DNA from: Armatimonadetes bacterium JP3_11
Lineage (GTDB): Bacteria > Armatimonadota > Fimbriimonadia > Fimbriimonadales > GBS-DC
Direction of reading: 5' to 3'
Length of the DNA: 57,224 nt
Assembly (NCBI GenBank): GCA_002254605.1
Contig: NKPV01000002.1
Span: forward strand, 1 to 57,224
Part shown: positions 39,898 through 52,308 of the stretch, in pieces
Layout of the letters: each line of letters starts with the position of its first letter
How positions within the stretch are numbered: position 1 is the stretch's first letter
Position numbers and translations under genes: made by a program
Notes under the pieces: generated by a model
The model's database searches: none
Seen by the model: only the letters and a program-made list of their open reading frames with translations
Told to the model about the DNA's origin: nothing

Positions 39898-41136
39898 TCA
39901 CGCCCTTTGCTCAATCCACTGCTGCGGCTGTTGGCGGAGGTCTGGGTCACGCCAGTGGCGAAGGCGCATCAGGAGCCACTCGCGACACTCGGTGACGCTC
40001 AGGCGCATCAGGCGCACCTTGGCGTCGTCGATATGCTCCAAAGGCATGAATAGGAATTGCGGCTCTATTCCGAGCGCGATGGCGAGTGTTTCAGGCTGTG
40101 CATCAGGGAGTATCAACGCGCGACGAATACCCAGCCGACGCACCAGGCTATGCTGTTCCCAGAGCGCATCGGCAATGGTGTTTGTGAACTGGGAGACGTA
40201 CCAGCACACGGCATAGGGGGGTTCCTGCCCCGCAAGGATAGATTCTTCGTCTACGAGGGGGAACGGCTTGCTCGCTTCGACCTGTAAGCCTATTTGCAGC
40301 CTGCCGAGGGGCACATGCTCGGTGCGGAGCGTTTCGCGGGCAACTTCCAACGAAGAATGGGCATCCTGCAGCGCGTCGAGATCGCTCACGAGCAGCGTTA
40401 GGTTCAGCTCCGCGCTTATGCGCAACAGGCGTTGCCAGTGTGGGTCGTCGCGGGCGGATGCCTGCGGGTCATATAGCCAGAGCGGTTTGCCTCCCAGTGC
40501 GTGGGCGATGCGGGCGATGTTATTGGGCAGGGTTTCCGACTTAAGCCATACCAGTTCCGCTCCCTGCTGCGCAGCGTCGGCGGTTTGCGTCCAATCAACG
40601 GCGACGCATCCTATCTGAAGGTGTTTTCCGTCCCAAGTAGTTACGGGCAGATGTTTGCCTTCCAGGTGGTAGCGTGTGTGGGTTGCCACGCGCAGCAGTT
40701 GGCTCTGGTAGCGTGCCAGCACGGCGACGCTCGGTTCGATGTACGCCACGCCTGCGTTGGCATCCAGTACGACGGTCGCTTCGGGGGGCAGTAAGGCAGG
40801 CAGTTTCGGCACGAGCAGGATGGGCGTTTGGGGGCGCGGAGGGTCGGGAGCGCGTTCCACAATCCAGCCCACGACGCGCACATACGGCGCAAGCACAGGC
40901 GGGATGTCGCTTAGGTCGCGCGTGATGCCGATTACCTCCACCGGCTCGGTGGGCATCCGATATTCAATTGCGTGCCATTCGTCCTCGTCTTGAGCGAAGA
41001 GGCGCGGGTCAAACCAGATAGGGTTGCCGTAGGTGGGTAGATAGAGCGGCGCGCCGATGCCCAGCGCCAGCCCTTTCTGAAGGGGCAAGCCGTAGAGCGT
41101 CCATTGGGCAGGCGGTTCCGAAGACAGCTCACGCAT
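39898..41136 (-). CDS. PEP-utilising-enzyme (PTS Enzyme I)-like protein lacking the phospho-His and other catalytic residues
   Basis: By-eye alignment to E. coli PtsI. The swivel domain VIGITRDLS...VVGWIVERA/..TVVLDANAGVAYIEPS aligns with VILVAADLT...VLGFITDAGGRTSH/..YLILDAVNNQVYVNPT. The barrel start TTWDGKHLQIGCVAV...GAELVWLKSETL aligns with TLDGHQVEVCANIG...GAEGVGLYRTEFL. The GGRTSH, GTNDL and CGE motifs are not conserved. It overlaps the DUF58 gene by 8 nt. Confidence 0.5.
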   Translation of the reverse strand: MRELSSEPPAQWTLYGLPLQKGLALGIGAPLYLPTYGNPIWFDPRLFAQDEDEWHAIEYRMPTEPVEVIGITRDLSDIPPVLAPYVRVVGWIVERAPDPPRPQTPILLVPKLPALLPPEATVVLDANAGVAYIEPSVAVLARYQSQLLRVATHTRYHLEGKHLPVTTWDGKHLQIGCVAVDWTQTADAAQQGAELVWLKSETLPNNIARIAHALGGKPLWLYDPQASARDDPHWQRLLRISAELNLTLLVSDLDALQDAHSSLEVARETLRTEHVPLGRLQIGLQVEASKPFPLVDEESILAGQEPPYAVCWYVSQFTNTIADALWEQHSLVRRLGIRRALILPDAQPETLAIALGIEPQFLFMPLEHIDDAKVRLMRLSVTECREWLLMRLRHWRDPDLRQQPQQWIEQRA

Positions 41137-42196
41137 AGACCTCTACCGAGTAGCCCTGTGCCAGATAGGGTTGCACCCGTGCGTGGCACGGTGCATAGTT
41201 CTGCGGCGGCACAAACAGCGCGATGCGGTACTGCTCGCCATACTGTTGTATCAGGCGCGGCAGGTCGTCCAGAATCGAGTGGTTCGCGTTGGGTTGAATC
41301 CGGGCGAGTTGGCGCAACAGGACGCGCGGATCGGCGTAATTTTCGGGCGTAAGGCGCAGTTCGGGCAGATTGGAGCCGACGAGAATCAGGGAAACCCCCT
41401 GGCGCGGGGCTTCCAGGGCAATCCATGCAATATGACGGATGACTTGATCGAAATCGGGGTAAACATCGCCTTCAGCTCGCCAAGTTGGGGCTTGCTCCAG
41501 TGCGATGACGGTCGGCGCGAGTTGGCTGGTCTCGAACTCTTTGACATGCCATTGTCCGTGGCGGGCGGTGGCGCGCCAGTGGATACGGCGTAGGGGGTCG
41601 CCGGGGGTATAGGGGCGCACACCGTGCCAGTCGCTTCCCTCGCCGCGCCTGCCCCGCAATGCCGACGCGGCGAACCGCCCATGCCCGCCGCCCTCCCAGC
41701 GCCAGTTCGGCAATTGAACCGGACGCGGCAACACCAAAATGGAGGTGATATCGTCAATCTGCTGTGAGTGGAAGAACAGCCCGAATGGGTCTGAGAGCGT
41801 GAGTTTCACGGGTCCCAGTTGTTGTTCGCCGCGTCGCAGTGCCGTGAGGCGATAGGACACCACGCTGCTGTGGGGAGTGCTCGATTCGGTCTCGATGGGT
41901 TCCAGCATCAGCCCCGACGAGACGGTTTCCTCCGCTTTGATCCAGAGTAGACCGTTGCGCGACGGCGCCACCACCGCTAACTGCGCCTCGACGGTCTCGC
42001 CTTCCACCATTTCGGTGGGGCAGCGGCGTGCAACGCTGAGCCGCTGGGCGCCGCGTTTGACGATGAGGTAGGTACCGAGCATCAGCGCGCCCAGCACGCT
42101 CGCCATCCAGTACATTTGGCGATTATTCGTCATCAGCCCCGAACAGAGCAGAAATGAGGTGGCTGCCATCAGCGCGGTCAGTTTATACTCTCTCAT
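41129..42196 (-). CDS. DUF58-domain protein (two N-terminal TM helices)
   Basis: The signature is GEGSDWHGVRPYTPGDPLRRIHWRATARHGQWHVKEFE. It overlaps the MoxR stop with ATGA. Confidence 0.85.
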   Translation of the reverse strand: MREYKLTALMAATSFLLCSGLMTNNRQMYWMASVLGALMLGTYLIVKRGAQRLSVARRCPTEMVEGETVEAQLAVVAPSRNGLLWIKAEETVSSGLMLEPIETESSTPHSSVVSYRLTALRRGEQQLGPVKLTLSDPFGLFFHSQQIDDITSILVLPRPVQLPNWRWEGGGHGRFAASALRGRRGEGSDWHGVRPYTPGDPLRRIHWRATARHGQWHVKEFETSQLAPTVIALEQAPTWRAEGDVYPDFDQVIRHIAWIALEAPRQGVSLILVGSNLPELRLTPENYADPRVLLRQLARIQPNANHSILDDLPRLIQQYGEQYRIALFVPPQNYAPCHARVQPYLAQGYSVEVYA

Positions 42197-43185
42197 GCGG
42201 GCGCTTCGCCTCCGATCGGCACGGGTACCTGGTTCAATATCTCGCGAATCACCGCTTCGGCTTGGGGGATCCCCACCGTATCGGTACGCAGCATCAGGCG
42301 GTGCGCCAACACGGGGATTGCCATCTGCTGCACATCGTCGGGCGTCACATAGTAGCGGTCAGCGAGCAAGGCGTGCGCCTGTGCGCCGAGCATCAACGCC
42401 AGCGACGCGCGTGGGCTGCCCCCCAGCATAATCTTGGGGTGACGACGAGTCGCGTTCACAATATCGACCAGATAGCGTCGCACACCGGGGCTGATATACA
42501 CGCGCCGCGTCTGATGCTGCAGCATCACCAGGTGCTCGGGGGTGAGTACCGGCTCCAGTTGGTTGAGCGGCGAATCGAGTTGGCGCGTTTTTAAGATCTG
42601 CGCTTCCACTTCGGGCGACGGGTAGCCCAGCGCGACACGTGCGAAAAAGCGATCCATCTGCGCTTCGGGCAGCGGATAGGTGCCCACCATCTCAATGTTA
42701 TTCTGCGTGGCGATTACCAAAAACGGCTGGGGCAGCGGATGCGACTCGCCTTCCACCGAAACGGTGCGTTCTTCCATTGCCTCCAGTAGGGCGGACTGCG
42801 TTTTCGGCGTGGCGCGGTTGATTTCATCCGCCAGCACGATATTGGCGAAGATGGGACCGGGATGGAACTCGAACGCGCCGCGCGCTTGATTGTAAATCAC
42901 GGAGCCAGTGACATCGGTCGGCAGCAGGTCAGGTGTGAACTGGATGCGTCGGAACTGCCCTCCGATGGCTTTGGCAATCGCCCGCGCCAGAGTGGTCTTG
43001 CCGACACCCGGAATGTCTTCGATAAGCAGGTGCCCACCGCTCAGCAATCCGATTACCATCAGGCGCACGGTCTCGCTTTTGCCCAGTATCACCTGCTCGA
43101 CGGCGCGAATAATCTGGCGTGCCTGCTCGGCGACTGCTTGTGCTTCCGCTTCGGAGAGCCAAGGTGCGGTCGTTTCCTGCGTCAT
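42193..43185 (-). CDS. MoxR-family AAA+ ATPase
   Basis: Walker A GVGKTTLA, FRRIQFTPDLLPTDVTG, Walker B LADEINR, and PEAQ.DRF. Confidence 0.95.
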   Translation of the reverse strand: MTQETTAPWLSEAEAQAVAEQARQIIRAVEQVILGKSETVRLMVIGLLSGGHLLIEDIPGVGKTTLARAIAKAIGGQFRRIQFTPDLLPTDVTGSVIYNQARGAFEFHPGPIFANIVLADEINRATPKTQSALLEAMEERTVSVEGESHPLPQPFLVIATQNNIEMVGTYPLPEAQMDRFFARVALGYPSPEVEAQILKTRQLDSPLNQLEPVLTPEHLVMLQHQTRRVYISPGVRRYLVDIVNATRRHPKIMLGGSPRASLALMLGAQAHALLADRYYVTPDDVQQMAIPVLAHRLMLRTDTVGIPQAEAVIREILNQVPVPIGGEAPA

Positions 43186-43194
43186 TACGGGATA

Positions 43195-43200
43195 AGTGTA
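43195..43200 (-). promoter_or_regulatory. -10-like element (gggTACACT) 9 nt upstream of the MoxR ATG
   Basis: The minus strand reads cagGGTACACTtatcccgtaATG, with no SD. Confidence 0.35.
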
Positions 43201-43254
43201 CCCTGCCAGCTCCGATTTGCGCTCCGCTCTCGGTGTGCGGTGCGGGGTCAGTTG

Positions 43255-45126
43255 TTAAGCCGCGCCCTGTGCGACGGCGCGAACCGCCTCGATAATCGCC
43301 TGGGCATCGATGCCATAAGCCGCCAGCAGCGTCTCGGGTTTGCCAGAGCGCGGTACTTCGCGTACCGCCAGCCGATGCACGCGAACCCCGTACCCGTTCA
43401 CCGCCGCCACGACTGCCTCGCCGAGACCTCCTTCGGGATAGTGGTCTTCCACTGTGATTATCACGCCGTTCGTCTCTTGCCCACAACGGATCAGGGTTTC
43501 AGAATCGATAGGCTTGACGGAGTAGAGGTCGATCACGCGAATTGCGACCCCCTCGCGCTGAAGTTGCTCGTAAGCCTTGAGCGCTTCGTGCAGGGTGACG
43601 CCCGCGCCCACCACCGTGACCACATCGTGGGGCGACTGGCGCACCACCTTGCACCCGCCGATGGGGAACGCCTCGGTGTTGGCGTAAATGACGGGGGTCT
43701 TGGGGCGCGTCGTGCGGATGTAGGCGATTCCCGCATATCGTGCTGCCTGCTCCACCAGTTTCACCGTAGACACCGCATCCGCAGGATACAGCACGGCTGC
43801 ACCCGGCACCGCTCGGAACATCGCGAGGTCTTCCAGCCCCATCTGCGAGGGACCGTCTTCGCCGATGGAGACGCCTGCGTGCGAGCCACAGAACTTCACA
43901 TTGGCTCTGCCAATCGCCGCCATCCGAATAAAATCATATGCGCGGCTGAGAAAGCACGCAAAACTGGATGCGAACGGGATTTTGCCGCACTCTGCCACGC
44001 CCACCGCCGCGCCGACCATGTTCTGTTCGGCGATAAAACACTCGACGAACCGCTCAGGAAACGCTTTGAAAAACTTTTCGGAGAAGGTGGAGTTCTTCAC
44101 ATCGCCGTCTAAGGCGTAGATTCGTGGGTCGGCGTGTCCCAGCGCGACCAGGGCGTCGCCGTATGCCTCGCGGGTGGCGACCTGCGCGTCGAGTTCGTAG
44201 GTCGGCAGGCTCACGGGGGGGATTTCGGTCGGGCTGGGAGGCGCGGTCGCGGCGCGCGGCGGTTGCACGCGCAGGCGCATGGCGCGTTCCCGTTGCTCTG
44301 GGGTCGGCATCAGTTCCGCGATTGCCTGCTCCGCAAGGTCGGGCGGGAGTGGCTTGCCATGCCAGCCCTCTTTGTCCTCCACTGCCGAGGCGCCTTTCCC
44401 TTTGAGCGTGCGCGCCACTATCGCGAACGGTCGCTCGGCTTGCTGCGCGGTATCCAACGCCCCCAGGATTTGCGTCATGTCGTGTCCGTCGATAGTGGCG
44501 ACTTGCCAGCCGAACGCCTCAAAACGGCGGCGATAGGTCTCCAAATCGTGCTGCAGCATCGTCGGTTGGCTTTGCCCCTGACGATTCACATCGACCAGCG
44601 CGACGAGGTTGTTTAAGTTGTAATAACTGGCGAACGCCGCTGCTTCCCACACGGCGCCCTCGGCGGTTTCGCCATCGCCCATCAGGCAGTAGACCTTCGC
44701 GGGGATGTGATCGCGTTTTAGAGCGAGCGCCATCCCTGCTGCGATAGACAGTCCCTGTCCCAGCGATCCCGTCGCCGCGCCGTACCATGCAAAGCGGGGT
44801 GTGGGGTGCCCTTCCAAATCGCTTTCGAACTCGCGCAGGGTGTCCAGATGTTCCACGGGGAACGCGCCCGCCTCTGCCCACGCCGCATAGAGCAACGGCG
44901 CCGCGTGTCCTTTGGAGAAGATGACGCGATCGTTGAGCGGATTGCGTGGGTTCGGCACATCGTAGCGCAGTGCGTAGAAAAACAGCGCCGCAATCAAATC
45001 CGCTGCCGACATACAGGTCGTGGGATGCCCAGAGCCTGCTTTCGTGGTAGCGCGAATAGAGTGGATGCGCAGTAAGTTCGCTTTGGTCCGTAGAGCCTCG
45101 ATCAGTTCAGGGGCGTATTCGGTCAT
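43255..45126 (-). CDS. tkt: Transketolase
   Basis: GSGHPTTCMSAADL, a TPP motif (GDGETAEGAVWEA), and 623 aa. Confidence 0.95.
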   Translation of the reverse strand: MTEYAPELIEALRTKANLLRIHSIRATTKAGSGHPTTCMSAADLIAALFFYALRYDVPNPRNPLNDRVIFSKGHAAPLLYAAWAEAGAFPVEHLDTLREFESDLEGHPTPRFAWYGAATGSLGQGLSIAAGMALALKRDHIPAKVYCLMGDGETAEGAVWEAAAFASYYNLNNLVALVDVNRQGQSQPTMLQHDLETYRRRFEAFGWQVATIDGHDMTQILGALDTAQQAERPFAIVARTLKGKGASAVEDKEGWHGKPLPPDLAEQAIAELMPTPEQRERAMRLRVQPPRAATAPPSPTEIPPVSLPTYELDAQVATREAYGDALVALGHADPRIYALDGDVKNSTFSEKFFKAFPERFVECFIAEQNMVGAAVGVAECGKIPFASSFACFLSRAYDFIRMAAIGRANVKFCGSHAGVSIGEDGPSQMGLEDLAMFRAVPGAAVLYPADAVSTVKLVEQAARYAGIAYIRTTRPKTPVIYANTEAFPIGGCKVVRQSPHDVVTVVGAGVTLHEALKAYEQLQREGVAIRVIDLYSVKPIDSETLIRCGQETNGVIITVEDHYPEGGLGEAVVAAVNGYGVRVHRLAVREVPRSGKPETLLAAYGIDAQAIIEAVRAVAQGAA

Positions 45127-45149
45127 GGCTGCCTCTCTCCGTCATGAAG

Positions 45150-45155
45150 AGTATA
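45150..45155 (-). promoter_or_regulatory. -10 element (aggTATACT) of tkt
   Basis: The minus strand reads gaaAGGTATACTcttcatgacGGAGAGAGGcagccATG. Confidence 0.4.
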
Positions 45156-45194
45156 CCTTTCCAAGCGCTACAGATATGGCGGGCATGCGTGCGA

Positions 45195-47660
45195 TTATCC
45201 CTCGCGTTCTGCTTCCACTTCCTGAAGGCGTTTGCCCAGCACGATGCGCGTAATCGCCGCGACCGTGTCGCCCTCGGCAAGGTCGATGAGCTTCACGCCC
45301 TGCGTAATACGCCCCGTGATGCGCAAGTCCGCCACGCGCAACCGAATGCCCTTGCCGTTCGCAGTGACCAGTATCAGTTTGTCGTCTTTCTCCACGACTT
45401 CGGCAGCGACCACACTCCCCGTCTTGCGCGTGACATTCATTGTGAAGATGCCCTTGCCGCCGCGCGACTGCACGCGATACTCTTTAAGCGGGGTGCATTT
45501 CCCGAAGCCGTTCTCGGAGACCACTAAGAGCAGGGCATCGGGCTGCACACGGCAAGCCGCGACCAGCGCGTCGTCCTTGCCCAATGTAATCGCCTTCACA
45601 CCGCCTGCCGCACGGCTGCGTACCGGCACATCGGTCTCGGGGAAGCGAATCGCCAAGCCCGCTTTCGTAACCAGCAGCACATCGTCGCTGCCTGCAGTAT
45701 GCAACACCCAACCGAGCGAGTCGCCAGGCTCTAAGTCGAAGGCGTTCAGCCCGTTGCTGCGCAGGTTGGTGAACTCTGTGAGCGCGGTGCGTTTGATTTC
45801 GCCCTTGCGCGTAATCATGGTGAGGTAGCCCGGCGCGTCAAAATCGCGTACGGAGACCGTTGCGGTGACCTTCTCGTCGGATTGGATGTTGATATAGTTA
45901 ATTACTGCGGTGCCGCGCGCCTGCCGTGAGGTTTCAGGGATTTCGTACGCTTTCAGGCGATACACGCGCCCCCGATCGGTGAAAAAGAGAATATAGTGGT
46001 GCGTGCTGACTTGGAACAGGTGTTCCACTTCGTCTTCCTCGCGGGCGGTGGTGGCGATGACCCCTTTGCCGCCGCGCTTTTGGGAGCGATAGGCGTCCAT
46101 CGACACGCGTTTGATGTAGCCGTCGCGCGTAATCAGCACCAGCGTCTCCTCTTCGGGGATAAGTTCCTCTTCGGAGATGTCTTCGGCTTCACGGGCGATG
46201 ATACGCGTGCGGCGTGGGTCGCCAAACTTCTCTTTGAGCGTGCGCAGGTCGTCCTTGATAATCGCCTCCACCTGCTTGGGGTCCGAGAGGATATGCTCCA
46301 GTCGGGTGATCTCGCGCAGCAGTCCGCGATACTCGTCGGCGATTTTCTCCTGCTCCAGTCGCGCCAGCTGGCGCAGTTGCGTGTTCAGTATCGCGTCCGC
46401 CTGCAGCACGGTCAGCCCGAACCGCTGTATCATCGTGCGCCGCGCAATCTCGGCGGTCTCCGACTGGCGAATGATGCGAATAATCTCGTCCAAGAAGTTC
46501 AGCGCGATTTGTAGCCCTTCCAAGATGTGGGCGCGGGACTTGGCGCGGTATAGTTCGTAGCGCGTGCGCCGCTCGATGACAAGCCGCCGATGCTCTAAGT
46601 AGTGATCCAACAGGTCGAGCAGGCTCATCACGCGGGGCACATTGTCCACCAGCGCGAGCAAGATCACGCCGAAGGTGGTGCGCAGCTGCGTATGTTTGAG
46701 CAAGCTGTTGAGCATGCGGTTCGGGTTCACATCGCGGCGCAGTTCAATCACCACGCGCATGCCGGTGCGGTCGGAGTAGTCGGCGATATCGGTGATGCCG
46801 TCCAGTTTGCCCGCCTTCACCAGCGCGGCAATCTGCTCGATCAGGCGCGCTTTGCTCACTTGGTAGGGTAGTTCGGTAATCACAATCGCGCTTTTGCCCC
46901 CGTCCAGCGGTTCGATTTGGGTCTTGGCTTGCATCACGATACTGCCGCGCCCTGTTTCGTAGGCTTGGCGAATGCCTTTCGCGCCCAGTATCAGCGCCCC
47001 TGTGGGGAAATCGGGACCAGGGAGCAGCTTCAGAATCGGTTCGAGGGTGCAGGTGGGATGCTCCAGGCGATAAATCAGCGCGTCTACCACTTCGCTAAGG
47101 TTATGGGGCGGGATGTTGGTCGCCATGCCGACGGCGATGCCGCTGCCGCCGTTGCAGATCAGGTTCGGGAAGCGCGCGGGCAGCACGGTTGGCTCTTCCG
47201 CGCTTTGCAGGTAGTTCGGCATCCAGTCCACCGTCTCTTTATCGATATCGGCGAGCATCTCCATCGCGATGGGGGTGAGGCGTACCTCCGTGTAGCGCAT
47301 CGCCGCAGGCGGATCCCCGTCCACACTCCCGAAGTTCCCCTGCCCATCCACAAGCGGGTAGCGCATGTTGAAATCTTGCGCCATGCGCACCAGCGTCGGG
47401 TAGACCACCTCCTGCCCGTGGGGGTGGTAGTTCGCGGTAGTCTCGCCGCACACTTTGGCGGACTTGGTATGCTGCGAGTCGGGGGTCAAGCCCAGTTCGC
47501 GCATCACATACAAAATGCGTCGCTGCACGGGTTTGAGACCGTCGCGCACATCGGGGAGCGCACGCGCGATAATCACGCTCATTGCGTAGTCGAGGTAGGA
47601 GCGCTTCATCTCCTCCTCGACGGGAACCTGCAACACCTCGCGACCGATTGGGCTGCTCAT
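45195..47660 (-). CDS. gyrA: DNA gyrase subunit A
   Basis: [27 protein letters not shown], the QRDR-type block HPHG plus an active-site Tyr region (AAMRYTE), and C-terminal beta-pinwheel repeats. The start is at ATG 47660. Confidence 0.95.
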   Translation of the reverse strand: MSSPIGREVLQVPVEEEMKRSYLDYAMSVIIARALPDVRDGLKPVQRRILYVMRELGLTPDSQHTKSAKVCGETTANYHPHGQEVVYPTLVRMAQDFNMRYPLVDGQGNFGSVDGDPPAAMRYTEVRLTPIAMEMLADIDKETVDWMPNYLQSAEEPTVLPARFPNLICNGGSGIAVGMATNIPPHNLSEVVDALIYRLEHPTCTLEPILKLLPGPDFPTGALILGAKGIRQAYETGRGSIVMQAKTQIEPLDGGKSAIVITELPYQVSKARLIEQIAALVKAGKLDGITDIADYSDRTGMRVVIELRRDVNPNRMLNSLLKHTQLRTTFGVILLALVDNVPRVMSLLDLLDHYLEHRRLVIERRTRYELYRAKSRAHILEGLQIALNFLDEIIRIIRQSETAEIARRTMIQRFGLTVLQADAILNTQLRQLARLEQEKIADEYRGLLREITRLEHILSDPKQVEAIIKDDLRTLKEKFGDPRRTRIIAREAEDISEEELIPEEETLVLITRDGYIKRVSMDAYRSQKRGGKGVIATTAREEDEVEHLFQVSTHHYILFFTDRGRVYRLKAYEIPETSRQARGTAVINYINIQSDEKVTATVSVRDFDAPGYLTMITRKGEIKRTALTEFTNLRSNGLNAFDLEPGDSLGWVLHTAGSDDVLLVTKAGLAIRFPETDVPVRSRAAGGVKAITLGKDDALVAACRVQPDALLLVVSENGFGKCTPLKEYRVQSRGGKGIFTMNVTRKTGSVVAAEVVEKDDKLILVTANGKGIRLRVADLRITGRITQGVKLIDLAEGDTVAAITRIVLGKRLQEVEAEREG

Positions 47661-47669
47661 ACGACATAA

Positions 47670-47675
47670 AGTATA
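47670..47675 (-). promoter_or_regulatory. -10 element (aggTATACT) 9 nt upstream of the gyrA ATG
   Basis: The minus strand reads gcAGGTATACTttatgtcgtATG, with no SD. Confidence 0.4.
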
Positions 47676-47686
47676 CCTGCTTGGGC

Positions 47687-47692
47687 TATAAT
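47687..47692 (+). promoter_or_regulatory. -10 element (TATAAT) 7 nt upstream of GTG 47700 (leaderless configuration)
   Basis: gggcTATAATatggggcGTGttg. It lies back-to-back with the gyrA -10 in a 39-nt divergent intergenic region. Confidence 0.4.
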
Positions 47693-47699
47693 ATGGGGC

Positions 47700-49364
<1,665 letters not shown>

Positions 49365-49388
49365 GGGGTATGCTTTTATTGAGCCACT

Positions 49389-50516
49389 ATGCAGGGGATC
49401 TACATTCACATCCCGTTCTGCCACCGCAAATGCGGCTATTGCGATTTCAATAGCTACGCCTCGCTGGACACGCTGGTGAAGCCGTTCGTGGAGGCGCTGC
49501 ACCGCGAGATCGCACAGTCGCCCTACGCGGGCGAGCGGTTCGATACCCTCTTTTTCGGCGGCGGCACGCCGACCTATCTCTCGGGAGAGACGCTGGCAGG
49601 GATCTTGGAACACTTGAGACGCCAATTCGACATCGCCTCCGATGCGGAAATCACCTGCGAGGCGAACCCGGGAAGCGTGTCGCGTGAGCAGCTCCGGACG
49701 ATGCGCCACGCGGGGTTCAATCGCCTGAGCTTTGGGGTGCAATCGTTCGACCCCGATGAGCTGCGCCGCATGGAGCGCATCCACACACCCGAGGATGTCG
49801 TTCAGGGTGTCGAATGGGCGCGCGCCGCCGGTTTCGAGAACCTGAACTTAGACCTCATCTTTGCCCTACCGTGCCAAACGCTGGAGCGTTGGGAATCGAA
49901 CTTGCGCCAAGCCATCGCCTTGCAGCCCGAACACTTGTCGCTCTACGCGCTGATGCTGGAGCCGAACACACGCTTCTATCATCTATATCAGAAAGGCAAG
50001 CTGCGCCTGCCTGACGACGAGACGCAGGTTGCCATGTTCCGCCTCGCCCAGCAGCTTACAGCGCAGGCAGGTTATCGGCAATACGAAATCTCCAACTACT
50101 CGCGACGAGGCTACGAGTGTCGGCATAACCTAATTTACTGGCGCAACGAGCCGTATTTGGGTTTCGGACCGGGAGCGGTTTCCTACATGGGGGGTAAGCG
50201 TTGGACAAATATCAAGCATCCGCGCGAATACATTCGGCGCATCCAGTCGGGCGAGCCGTTAGAGCTGGAGTGGGAGCGGCTGTCAGGTTGGGATCCTGTG
50301 GCGGAGACGCTGATGTTAGGTTTAAGGATGCTGGAGGGTGTAGATTTGACGACTCTGGAGGCGCGTTTCGGCTTGCCCGTTCGGGAACATTACGCCGAAA
50401 CGATTCACAAACTGATTCAGCGCGGTTGGCTGGAGCGCCAAGGGGATACGATTCGCCTTACTCAAGAGGGGCTGCTCTGGCACAGTGAGGTCGCTCTTGC
50501 GTTTTTCAAGGAATAG
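49389..50516 (+). CDS. hemW: Radical SAM heme chaperone HemW / coproporphyrinogen-III-oxidase-like
   Basis: IYIHIPFCHRKCGYCDFNS (CxxxCxxC) and the HemN_C domain; 375 aa. Confidence 0.9.
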   Translation: MQGIYIHIPFCHRKCGYCDFNSYASLDTLVKPFVEALHREIAQSPYAGERFDTLFFGGGTPTYLSGETLAGILEHLRRQFDIASDAEITCEANPGSVSREQLRTMRHAGFNRLSFGVQSFDPDELRRMERIHTPEDVVQGVEWARAAGFENLNLDLIFALPCQTLERWESNLRQAIALQPEHLSLYALMLEPNTRFYHLYQKGKLRLPDDETQVAMFRLAQQLTAQAGYRQYEISNYSRRGYECRHNLIYWRNEPYLGFGPGAVSYMGGKRWTNIKHPREYIRRIQSGEPLELEWERLSGWDPVAETLMLGLRMLEGVDLTTLEARFGLPVREHYAETIHKLIQRGWLERQGDTIRLTQEGLLWHSEVALAFFKE

Positions 50517-50517
50517 G

Positions 50518-50523
50518 TATACT
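50518..50523 (+). promoter_or_regulatory. -10 element (aggTATACT) upstream of the 50547 gene
   Basis: gaatAGGTATACTcat, followed by GAGGGGGA and ATG 50547. Confidence 0.35.
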
Positions 50524-50546
50524 CATATCTACTGAGGGGGACGCGA

Positions 50547-50873
50547 ATGCAACAGTCTACAAGCACTTCGGCTGTGGCAAGCATGGTATTGGGGATAGTG
50601 TCCTTGGTGGCACTGTTCAGTGCAGGTGTATTCTGGGGATGCCTGCCGTTGCCGCTGGTTTTGGGGATTGCAGCGTGGGTCCTGGGCAAGAGTGCGATAG
50701 CGCAAGTTGACGCCGGTCTGAGCAGCCCCAGCGATCGCGGTATGGCGACGGCGGGTTATGTGATGGGGATGATTGCCGTCGTGCTGTCTGTATTGGGGCT
50801 ATGCTGCTGGGGTGGAATACTTGTCGGGATGATTGGGGCGGGGACGATTCCTTTCTGGGCAGGCGCGTTTTAA
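50547..50873 (+). CDS. Small membrane protein (DUF4190-like)
   Basis: Two hydrophobic hairpins, SMVLGIVSLVALF... and GYVMGMIAVVLSVLG.... Confidence 0.55.
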   Translation: MQQSTSTSAVASMVLGIVSLVALFSAGVFWGCLPLPLVLGIAAWVLGKSAIAQVDAGLSSPSDRGMATAGYVMGMIAVVLSVLGLCCWGGILVGMIGAGTIPFWAGAF

Positions 50874-50963
50874 TCTACCCGATGCACGGTCGCCCACCCA
50901 TGGTGGTAGGCGTCCAGGTTGCGCGGCTGCTTGCGCCCCTGCACGATATCGAGGTAGAGGGTC

Positions 50964-50989
50964 GGTGATGGTGTCAGGAAAGCATCACC
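50964..50989 (-). terminator. Hairpin immediately after the gdhA stop
   Basis: ggtgatg-(12 nt)-catcacc is a 7-bp stem. There is no U-tract. Confidence 0.25.
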
Positions 50990-52269
50990 TACGGATAAAT
51001 CCCCCGTATTGTGGTGGCTTCTGCCACACGCTTGACGCCGATGATGTACGCGCCCATGCGCATATTCACCTTGTTTTGCTGGGCAGTCTGCACGACATGC
51101 TCATAGCTGCGGCGCATTGCCTTCTCCAACTTACGGTTCACTTCATCCTCTTCCCAGAAGAAGGCTTGCAGGTCTTGCACCCATTCAAAATAGGAGACAA
51201 TCACTCCGCCTGCATTCGCGAGGATGTCGGGCACGATTAGCACGCCTTTGTCGTCGAGGATTTCGTCCGCGTCGGGGGTCACAGGACCGTTAGCCGCTTC
51301 CACAATCACGCGGGCTTTGATCCGGTCGGCATTACTTGCCGTGATCACGCCGTGCAAGGCGGCAGGCACCAGCACATCGCACGGGAGTTCCAGTAGTTCC
51401 TCATTCGTGATGAGTTCTGCGTCGCGGTAGGCTTGGATGCAGCCATCGCGCCCTGCACAGTGCAGCAGCGCCGGAATGTTCAGTCCGTTGGGGTTGTAAA
51501 TCCCGCCGCGTACATCGGAGATGGCGACGACTTTCGCGCCTGCCTGATGCATGAGCTTGGCTGTGGCGGATCCGACATTCCCGAACCCTTGAATGGCGAC
51601 CGTTGCGCCTTCCAGTTGGCTTCCTATCTGCTTCAGTGCCTCATGTGCCATCACGGTCACGCCGCGCCCCGTGGCTTCCAGTCTCCCCTCCGAACCGCCA
51701 ATCGCAATCGGTTTGCCCGTCACGACCGCAGGCACAGTATAGCCCTTATGCATGGAGTAGGTGTCCATAATCCACGCCATCACTTGCGGGTTTGTGCCTA
51801 CATCGGGCGCGGGAATGTCCGACTCAGGACCAATCAGCATCGAAATCTCGGTGATGTAGCGACGGGTGAGGTTTTCCAGTTCGTGGACAGAGAGCCGCTT
51901 GGGGTCGCACACAACACCCCCCTTCGCACCGCTGTAGGGGATGTTGACCACCGCGCACTTCCAGGTCATCCACATCGCCAGCGCACGAGTCTCGTCTAAG
52001 GTGACCTCCGGATGGTAGCGGATGCCCCCTTTAGCGGGACCACGAGCCGGGTTGTGATGCACCCGGTAGCCCGTGAAGACGCGAATCGAGCCGTCATCCA
52101 TTTTCACGGGGAAGTTAACAATCAGTTCGCGTCGGGGGTGCTTCAACACCTCCAGCAGGCTCCGATCCAAATTCAAGTAATGCGCCGCTGCTTCTAGCTG
52201 GCGTATCGCAATTGCGTACGCGCTACTCTCTTCAGTGTGGCGTTCGCGTTCAATCATGGTCTGCGCCAT
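50989..52269 (-). CDS. gdhA: Glutamate dehydrogenase (Glu/Leu/Phe/Val dehydrogenase family)
   Basis: Catalytic Lys block PYSGAKGGV and the NAD(P) Rossmann motif [18 protein letters not shown]. Confidence 0.95.
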   Translation of the reverse strand: MAQTMIERERHTEESSAYAIAIRQLEAAAHYLNLDRSLLEVLKHPRRELIVNFPVKMDDGSIRVFTGYRVHHNPARGPAKGGIRYHPEVTLDETRALAMWMTWKCAVVNIPYSGAKGGVVCDPKRLSVHELENLTRRYITEISMLIGPESDIPAPDVGTNPQVMAWIMDTYSMHKGYTVPAVVTGKPIAIGGSEGRLEATGRGVTVMAHEALKQIGSQLEGATVAIQGFGNVGSATAKLMHQAGAKVVAISDVRGGIYNPNGLNIPALLHCAGRDGCIQAYRDAELITNEELLELPCDVLVPAALHGVITASNADRIKARVIVEAANGPVTPDADEILDDKGVLIVPDILANAGGVIVSYFEWVQDLQAFFWEEDEVNRKLEKAMRRSYEHVVQTAQQNKVNMRMGAYIIGVKRVAEATTIRGIYP

Positions 52270-52308
52270 TGCAGGATTGCCTCCTAATAAAAGTACCGTC
52301 CATCCGTG

